A stretch of 64,000 bases of DNA from an uncultured Verrucomicrobiota bacterium (lineage in GTDB: Bacteria > Verrucomicrobiota > Kiritimatiellia > JAAZAB01), in NCBI GenBank assembly GCA_964486075.1, contig CAZALU010000002.1, forward strand, positions 1,013 through 65,012. The letters are read 5' to 3'. Under the pieces are notes generated by a model. The model was given only the letters and a program-made list of their open reading frames with translations. It did not search any database and was not told the origin of the DNA. Within the stretch, counting starts at the first letter, position 1; each line of letters opens with the position of its first letter. Positions 58,555 through 64,000 of the stretch are shown piece by piece. The position numbers were made by a program, and so were the translations under genes.

Positions 58555-59994
58555 TCAAGCTGAATTCCCGGTCAACTTGATCTTCAGTAACTCGCGGACT
58601 CGTCCGGGATTGGCTTTGCCCTTGCTGGCCCGCATGGCCTGGCCGATCAGGAACTGCAGGGCGGCCTGCTTGCCGGTTTTGAAATCCGCCGCCGATTTGG
58701 AATGTTCGGCCAGAATTTTATCAACCATGGCTTCCAGGGCGCCGGCATCGCTGACCTGGGCCAGCCCTTTTTCCCTGACCCAGGCTGCGGGATCCCCACC
58801 CTGCGCAAAGAGCACGGTGAATACTTCCTTGGCCGTATTGGAGTTTAAGACCTGCTCTTCAACCATGCGCACCAGCGCGGCAAGACCCTCAGGACGGATG
58901 GCTGCCTGTTGAATAGTCATGTTTTTCTCCGCAAGCAGGCGCAGCATCTCGGTCATGAGCCAGTTGGATGCGGTCTTGGCGTAGGGCGTATGCCGGCAGG
59001 TTTCTTCAAAATAATCCGCCATATCTTTGTCGGCAGACAGCAGCCGGGCATCGTATTCAGGAATGCCATACTGCTGGACCAGGCGCGCGCAACGCTGACG
59101 GGGCAATTCCGGTAAAGTGGCCCGCCACTTGGCGATCTGTTCGGGCGTCAGCGCCACTGGCATCAGGTCCGGGTCGGAAAAATATCGGTAATCGTGGGCC
59201 TCTTCCTTGGAGCGCATGGATTCGGTGATGTTCTGCTCTGTTACCCAGCGTCGGGTTTCCTGGACAATCTTTTTTCCGGCGCGCAGGAGGTCTGTTTGGC
59301 GCACGATTTCATATTGCAGTGCCTGAAAGACACCCTTAAAAGTATTCAGGTTCTTTATTTCGGTTTTCACGCCCAGGGTTGCCTGGCCCTCCGGCCGGAC
59401 GCTGCAATTGACATCGCAGCGCAGGTTGCCTTCCTCCAAGTTGCACGGGCTGATGCCCCCGTACTGGAGGATCGGTTTGAGGGACTGCAGGAAAGCCAGG
59501 GCTTCTTCCGGGGAATCTAATTCCGGCTCGGTGACCACCTCCATCAGGGGGTGCCCCGCGCGGTTAAAATCGAGGGTGCTCATGTTCTGAGTGTGCATGC
59601 TCTTGCCCACATCCTCCTCCAGATGAATCCGGGTGAGATGGATTGATTTGTGGTTTCCGCCGATTTCGATCTCGACCATGCCCCCCAGGCAGAAGGGTTG
59701 ATCATATTGCGAAATCTGATAATTCTTCGGCACATCCGGATAAAAGTAGTTTTTACGGTCGAACTTGCTGAGTGGGTTGATCCGGCAGCCTAACATCAGG
59801 CCGGTCAGGACGGTCAGGCGTACAGCTGCTTCGTTGATGACTGGGAGGGTGCCGGGGTATCCCAGGCATATCGGGCAGACCTGCGTGTTGGGCGAGGCCC
59901 CGAAGTCCGTACGGCAGGCGCAGAACATCTTGGTTCGCGTCGCCAGTTGCACGTGAACTTCCAGTCCTATAGTTGCTGTATAATTCATATTCAA
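58555..59994 (-). CDS. gatB: Asp-tRNA(Asn)/Glu-tRNA(Gln) amidotransferase subunit B
   Basis: 479 aa; N-terminal TIGLEVHVQL...KMFC and a C-terminal GatB/YqeY domain. Confidence 0.95.
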   Translation of the reverse strand: MNMNYTATIGLEVHVQLATRTKMFCACRTDFGASPNTQVCPICLGYPGTLPVINEAAVRLTVLTGLMLGCRINPLSKFDRKNYFYPDVPKNYQISQYDQPFCLGGMVEIEIGGNHKSIHLTRIHLEEDVGKSMHTQNMSTLDFNRAGHPLMEVVTEPELDSPEEALAFLQSLKPILQYGGISPCNLEEGNLRCDVNCSVRPEGQATLGVKTEIKNLNTFKGVFQALQYEIVRQTDLLRAGKKIVQETRRWVTEQNITESMRSKEEAHDYRYFSDPDLMPVALTPEQIAKWRATLPELPRQRCARLVQQYGIPEYDARLLSADKDMADYFEETCRHTPYAKTASNWLMTEMLRLLAEKNMTIQQAAIRPEGLAALVRMVEEQVLNSNTAKEVFTVLFAQGGDPAAWVREKGLAQVSDAGALEAMVDKILAEHSKSAADFKTGKQAALQFLIGQAMRASKGKANPGRVRELLKIKLTGNSA

Positions 59995-60031
59995 TCTGCC
60001 CCCACCCTGCTATATCTTATCCTGTTTCACG

Positions 60032-61501
60032 CTATGGCAGCGCCGGTTTCTGCCGCTGCCATTCTGAATCCTGTTCATAGGCGTAGGCGACTCGGAAAAT
60101 TTGTTCCTCGTGAAAAGCAGGGGCAATGACCTGCAAGCCCACCGGCATGCGGTCAGGCGTGAAGCCGCAGGGAACCGAAATAGCGCACGCGCCCGCCAAG
60201 CTGGCGGGAATGGTGAAAAGATCTCCCTGGTACATCCGCAGGGGGTCGGCGATTATTGCGTCCAGCCGGTAGGCGGCGCTGGGCGTCACCGGCGCCAGCA
60301 GGACATCGCAAGCCTGAAAAGCACGCTCAAAATCCACTCGGATCAATGTGCGCGCTTGCTGGGCACGCAGATAATAGGCGTCATAGTAGCCACTGCTTAA
60401 TACATAGGTGCCCAGGATTATCCGGCGCTTAACCTCGGCCCCGAATCCGCTAGCCCGTGTTTTCCGGTACATCTCCTGGGGATCGGAGACGTTGGGCGCC
60501 CGCAATCCGTAACGCACCCCGTCGAAACGGGCCATGTTGGCCGAAGCTTCCGCGCAGGCAACAATATAATACACGGCCACGGCGTGTGGCGTCATCGGCA
60601 GTGAGACATCCACAACTTTAATGCCCAGCCTTTCGCAGTGGCGGATCGCTTCCTGGATCGTCTGTTCGACCGCGGGATCCATGCCCTCGATAAAATATTC
60701 ACGGGGCAGTCCGGCGGTGATTCCCTGTAAATCCCGCTGGAGAGATGATTCATAATTGGGTACTGGCATTGGCAGGGATGTGGAATCCATGGGGTCATGG
60801 CCCGCGATCGCTCCCAGCAGGAGCGCCGCATCGCGCACATCCTTGGTGATCGGTCCAATCTGGTCCAGCGAGGACGCAAAAGCTGTCAGGCCGTAACGCG
60901 ATACCCGGCCGTACGAAGGCTTGAGTCCGACACAGCCGCAAAACGCAGCCGGTTGCCGGACAGATCCGCCGCTATCCGAACCCAGGGCCGCGATGGCTTC
61001 ATCGGCGGCGACCGCCGCCGCCGAACCGCCGCTGGAGCCGCCCGGCACACACTCCAGGTTCCAGGGATTACGGGTGATATGGAAAGCTGAATTTTCCGTG
61101 CTGGATCCCATCGCAAACTCGTCCATGTTGGTGCGGCCCAGCAAAACAGCGCCAGCGGCGCGCAGGCGGGCAATGGCGGTGGCGTCATAAGGCGCGCGGT
61201 AATTGGCCAGGATACGGGAACCGCAGGAACAAGGTTGGCCGGCGACATTGATCGCATCTTTTATCGCAATCGGTACCCCCAGCAGCTGTCCTTTTTCGCC
61301 ATGCCGGCGGCGCTCATCTGTGGCATCAGCCATGCGCAGCGCTTCTTCCTCGTCGAGATGCAGGTAGGCTTCGATACTGGTATCCCGCGCCCGGATCACA
61401 CGGATCAGGTCGGCGACAAGTTCGCGGGAAGAGCACTCGCCCTCATTCAGCGCATCGCCGGCCTGATGGAGTGTAAATTGATTCACATTATTTTTATTCA
61501 C
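60032..61501 (-). CDS. gatA: Asp-tRNA(Asn)/Glu-tRNA(Gln) amidotransferase subunit A
   Basis: 489 aa amidase-signature protein (GGSSGGSAAAVAA; KDAINVAG). Confidence 0.95.
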   Translation of the reverse strand: MNKNNVNQFTLHQAGDALNEGECSSRELVADLIRVIRARDTSIEAYLHLDEEEALRMADATDERRRHGEKGQLLGVPIAIKDAINVAGQPCSCGSRILANYRAPYDATAIARLRAAGAVLLGRTNMDEFAMGSSTENSAFHITRNPWNLECVPGGSSGGSAAAVAADEAIAALGSDSGGSVRQPAAFCGCVGLKPSYGRVSRYGLTAFASSLDQIGPITKDVRDAALLLGAIAGHDPMDSTSLPMPVPNYESSLQRDLQGITAGLPREYFIEGMDPAVEQTIQEAIRHCERLGIKVVDVSLPMTPHAVAVYYIVACAEASANMARFDGVRYGLRAPNVSDPQEMYRKTRASGFGAEVKRRIILGTYVLSSGYYDAYYLRAQQARTLIRVDFERAFQACDVLLAPVTPSAAYRLDAIIADPLRMYQGDLFTIPASLAGACAISVPCGFTPDRMPVGLQVIAPAFHEEQIFRVAYAYEQDSEWQRQKPALP

Positions 61502-61548
61502 TGATCTGTGTTCCCTTGGAATTTGGGATTTGGCATGCCCATATATGC

Positions 61549-61899
61549 TTAAACAATCTTGGGCACCAGGAATTGTTCTCCATCCTGGGCCGGCGCATTG
61601 GCCAGCATCGTCTCGCGATCCAATCCAGCTCGCGGTTCGTCATTCCGAAAGACGTTCTGAATACGTACAGCATGCGCCATGGGGGCTATGCCGGCCACTT
61701 CAATCTGCCGGATATCCCGGATATATTCGACAATATGCTCCAATTGCCCTTGAAAGGCCAGGAGCTCTGCGTCCGTCAGCTCCAATTGTGCCAGGCGGGC
61801 TATATAGGCGACATCGATCTTTTTTACGGCTTCAGATGCGGCAGCAGTCATTGGCTCCTCCATCAGGATCGGAAATGTGCTTGCAAAGTAATAACGCAA
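61549..61899 (-). CDS. gatC: Asp-tRNA(Asn)/Glu-tRNA(Gln) amidotransferase subunit C
   Basis: The sequence KKIDVAYIARLAQLELTDAELLAFQGQLEHIVEYI is a typical GatC. The true start is probably Met17 (at 61851), giving ~100 aa. Confidence 0.85.
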   Translation of the reverse strand: MRYYFASTFPILMEEPMTAAASEAVKKIDVAYIARLAQLELTDAELLAFQGQLEHIVEYIRDIRQIEVAGIAPMAHAVRIQNVFRNDEPRAGLDRETMLANAPAQDGEQFLVPKIV

Positions 61900-62328
61900 A
61901 AATGCGGAAGCACTCTAACATGAACCTGGTAAAGCGTCCACTGCCAATGATAGTTGACATCCCCAGCCAAATAACCAGAATAGCAACAGGTTGGTTCGAG
62001 GCATAGGAGTTTTCCGATCTAATCCGGACCAGCGATTGCCGAGACTCCAACGGATAATTAATTACTAAGGAATTTTACGCCTGATGCGGATCCGCCTTCC
62101 ACCGTCGCTATGACTATGGCGGGCAAGCCGGCGGACAATGTTTTGCAACCGTCCCGACTCTCCGAGAGGTCGGGACTGGTCGCGGTCTTGGGGGGATGAA
62201 GACCGACATCACCTGCCCGCATTGCTACGCAAAGCGTTGTAGGCGGGTCGATGTTGGCTACAGGAAGAATTGTCCTGATCGCGCCACGCGCGATCGGGGC
62301 CTAATTTATTGATTTAAGGACTTTTTTT

Positions 62329-63537
62329 ATGTACTACAAATGGAATGGTTTATTAGCTTTACTCTTGCTGACACTGAACGCCGCCCCCACCTGGGCTATA
62401 ACCTTTGTCCAGACCAACACTTTCGACCTTGCTTCGCGGGAAAACCTGTCCTCCGAGATGGCGCTGATGGCTAACAACATTGTCTTGGCCGGAGATGCAT
62501 GTGAGGATGTCTTCTTGATGGCCACCCCGGCTTCAATGGGTAGTGATAACCCCGAGGACGGTTCGGTTATGCTGTCCGGAACGTTTCATAACGATGTCTG
62601 GGCCATGGGGAAACGCATAATGTTGACCGGCGAAATCAGGGATCATGCCCGCTTCGCGGGCCAGTCTATCGTGTTGAACGGATCTATTGCCAATTCTTCC
62701 GTTTTTATAGGGAACACGGTTCATTTAAGCCGCTCCGCCGATATCGCTGCCGATGCTTTGTTGATGGGACAAGATTTGATTATCGAGGGTTGGGTCGAAG
62801 GCAATCTCTCGCTGATAGGTCAAAATGTAACCTTGGCCGGCACCATCGGGCAGGATGTCGAAATCACGGCCCAGGATTTGGTGGCCTTGCCCGGAACCGA
62901 AATCATGGGTAATTTGACATATCGTTGTCCCCGTGAATTCGTGCCTGACAGCCGGGTTATCGTTCACGGGAAGATAATCCGCAAGCCAATCCCCGAAAAA
63001 GATACGGGGTTTTCCATGGCAACGCTGGTTTACCAAGGATGGTTATTGCTGGGCGCCCTGGTGGCAGCCATGGTCTTCATGGCGGTTTTTCCGTTCGCTA
63101 CAACTCGCGCGCTTCAGAACCTGCGCTATTCTTTATGGCGCTGCATGGCCATCGGCGGACTGCTCTTATGTATTGCTCCGCTTGCGCTGGGCGTCGCCCT
63201 GATGTCCTTTATCGGCATTCCCCTGGGACTGCTGTGCGCAGCCGGCCTGGCGGTGCTGGTCTATTTGAGCAAAATCACGGTGGCAATCAGCCTGGGGCTC
63301 TGGCTCCTGCGTCGGTCCAATCCACGTTCCTACACTCAGCACTTGCTGCCTCTGCTTATCGGCCTGTTATTCATCTATACCGGTGTCAGTAGCGGGCTAT
63401 TCGGCCTGCTAGTCTGGTTCCTAGTGACATCCGCGGGACTTGGTAGTCTGATCCTGGCCTTCTATCGGGCTCCAATGGGTGCCCCGCCCCTCAATAAGCC
63501 TGTGGTCATGACAACGCCGCCGCCCACACCCAAGTAG
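62329..63537 (+). CDS. bactofilin-like (polymer-forming cytoskeletal beta-helix) domain fused to a polytopic C-terminal membrane domain
   Basis: 402 aa. Signal peptide, then ~200 aa of repetitive xGxIxLxGxIxxDV-type beta-helix rungs (NNIVLAGDACEDVFLMA..., GKRIMLTGEIRDHARFAGQSIVLNGSIANSSVFIGNTVHL...). Four or five TM helices follow, and a Pro-rich tail. Confidence 0.55.
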   Translation: MYYKWNGLLALLLLTLNAAPTWAITFVQTNTFDLASRENLSSEMALMANNIVLAGDACEDVFLMATPASMGSDNPEDGSVMLSGTFHNDVWAMGKRIMLTGEIRDHARFAGQSIVLNGSIANSSVFIGNTVHLSRSADIAADALLMGQDLIIEGWVEGNLSLIGQNVTLAGTIGQDVEITAQDLVALPGTEIMGNLTYRCPREFVPDSRVIVHGKIIRKPIPEKDTGFSMATLVYQGWLLLGALVAAMVFMAVFPFATTRALQNLRYSLWRCMAIGGLLLCIAPLALGVALMSFIGIPLGLLCAAGLAVLVYLSKITVAISLGLWLLRRSNPRSYTQHLLPLLIGLLFIYTGVSSGLFGLLVWFLVTSAGLGSLILAFYRAPMGAPPLNKPVVMTTPPPTPK

Positions 63538-63885
63538 CAAGGATCAGTGTCACGGTCATACGGCGTTTAATACAATACTGACAGCTCCGATTCTCGAATG
63601 GGATGAACGTTGATTTTATTTTTTCAGCCTGACTCATGCCGGGTAGTCGTAGCCCTGCGCGCCAGAAGTGTCAAATGGGGGTCTCACTGATCGGCAATAT
63701 GGCCAACCCGTTGCGGAGCTTGGTCGTGTGAGAACCCCGGGATTGACTGCCACTAGCCGGGCGATCACCGCCTGCCGTCCTTTAATTTCCACTTTCCGCC
63801 AGCGACGGATCCGCCTTCGGTGAAAATCGAGCTAGAAGCGGCGCCCCCATCGCTTTCCGTTCTTGAGCATCAAGGTGTGTCCCGC

Positions 63886-63914
63886 GGGGGGGGGGGGGGG
63901 GGGGTTTTTTTTTT
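63886..63914. repeat. G19 T10 homopolymer junction
   Basis: cccgc + 19 G + 10 T + cctggc, read directly. It lies 19 nt downstream of the stop of a minus-strand gene that enters from the right window edge. Confidence 0.9.
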
Positions 63915-63932
63915 CCTGGCTTGGTAGGAACA

Positions 63933-64000
63933 TCAGATGCTTAACAGTTCCTTCACGTCATCCCAAGTCAGTTTCTGCATGACCTGCTCGTCGTCGGCAA
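63933..64000 (-). CDS. 3' end of an unidentified gene entering from the right edge (…ADDEQVMQKLTWDDVKELLSI-stop)
   Basis: Own translation of the minus strand; the frame is open from 64000 to the TGA at 63933-63935. Only 21 codons are visible. Confidence 0.3.
   Translation of the reverse strand, partial: ADDEQVMQKLTWDDVKELLSI

Noticed and set aside
62088-63812. 12-13-mer repeats such as cggatccgccttc flanking the bactofilin-like gene
   Set aside because: Exact matches of 12-13 nt are expected by chance many times in a 64-kb GC-rich window, so they were not treated as meaningful.
1-64000. Search for tRNA, rRNA, CRISPR arrays, transposases and integrases
   Set aside because: None was found. 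There are no T-loop GTTCGAATC-type motifs with acceptor stems in the intergenic regions, no regularly spaced direct repeats of 24-48 bp, and no DDE/tyrosine recombinase-like ORFs. The tandem repeats that were found have 7-bp units, not CRISPR-like units.

Overview
This is a high-GC (~60%) bacterial chromosomal window, probably a polysaccharide-degrading member of the Planctomycetes-Verrucomicrobia-Chlamydiae (PVC) superphylum (Kiritimatiellota, Verrucomicrobiota or Lentisphaerota-like). That guess is inferred only from gene content and base composition. The backbone is housekeeping, and one accessory block carrying four paralogs of the uroporphyrinogen-decarboxylase-like (URO-D-like) superfamily centred on lpxA is the best candidate in this window for an undescribed system.

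The core gene order is the conserved minus-strand supra-operon nusA-infB-rbfA-truB-ribF-rpsO-pnp. Other housekeeping genes are rpmH-rnpA-yidD, pyruvate kinase (pyk), a DksA/TraR-like gene, lspA-miaA-radC, lpxA, a LpxL-like acyltransferase, a family-2 glycosyltransferase, lipA, comEC, queF and gatCAB.

Three things are missing from the supplied ORF track and were recovered by reading the sequence:
- A bacterial RNase P RNA gene (rnpB) on the minus strand at about 48948-49423.
- The 44-aa ribosomal protein L34 gene (rpmH) at 21085-21219.
- A roughly 760-codon M16 metallopeptidase gene that runs off the left edge of the window (1-2290, minus strand).

Carbohydrate-active genes are frequent, and two are decaying:
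- Glycoside hydrolase family 130 (GH130) phosphorylase-like gene.
- A sialate O-acetylesterase (SASA family) fused to a family-9 carbohydrate-binding module (CBM9-like).
- A GH29 alpha-L-fucosidase with a -1 frameshift.
- The 5'-truncated, multiply frameshifted remnant of a GH38 alpha-mannosidase.
- An intact GH4 glycosidase.

The accessory content includes:
- The four URO-D-like paralogs, interleaved with a cupin, an isoprenylcysteine carboxyl methyltransferase (ICMT)-family membrane methyltransferase and a 664-aa unknown protein around lpxA.
- A PilB/GspE - PilT - PilB/GspE ATPase triad upstream of gatCAB.
- A two-domain ABC permease and a large substrate-binding protein, with no ATPase gene nearby.

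Non-coding structure is rich:
- A roughly 170-bp dispersed element, present twice in inverted chromosomal orientation (8058-8227 and 21402-21572). It is rich in CACGTG palindromes and carries a 16-bp hairpin.
- Heptamer tandem repeats (CCTGAAC-like and ATGGTTR-like) flanking small secreted-protein genes. A 19-mer from one of these recurs exactly 27 kb away.
- Several long hairpin clusters in intergenic regions.
- A G19T10 homopolymer junction near the right edge.

No tRNA, rRNA, CRISPR array, transposase or integrase was recognised.
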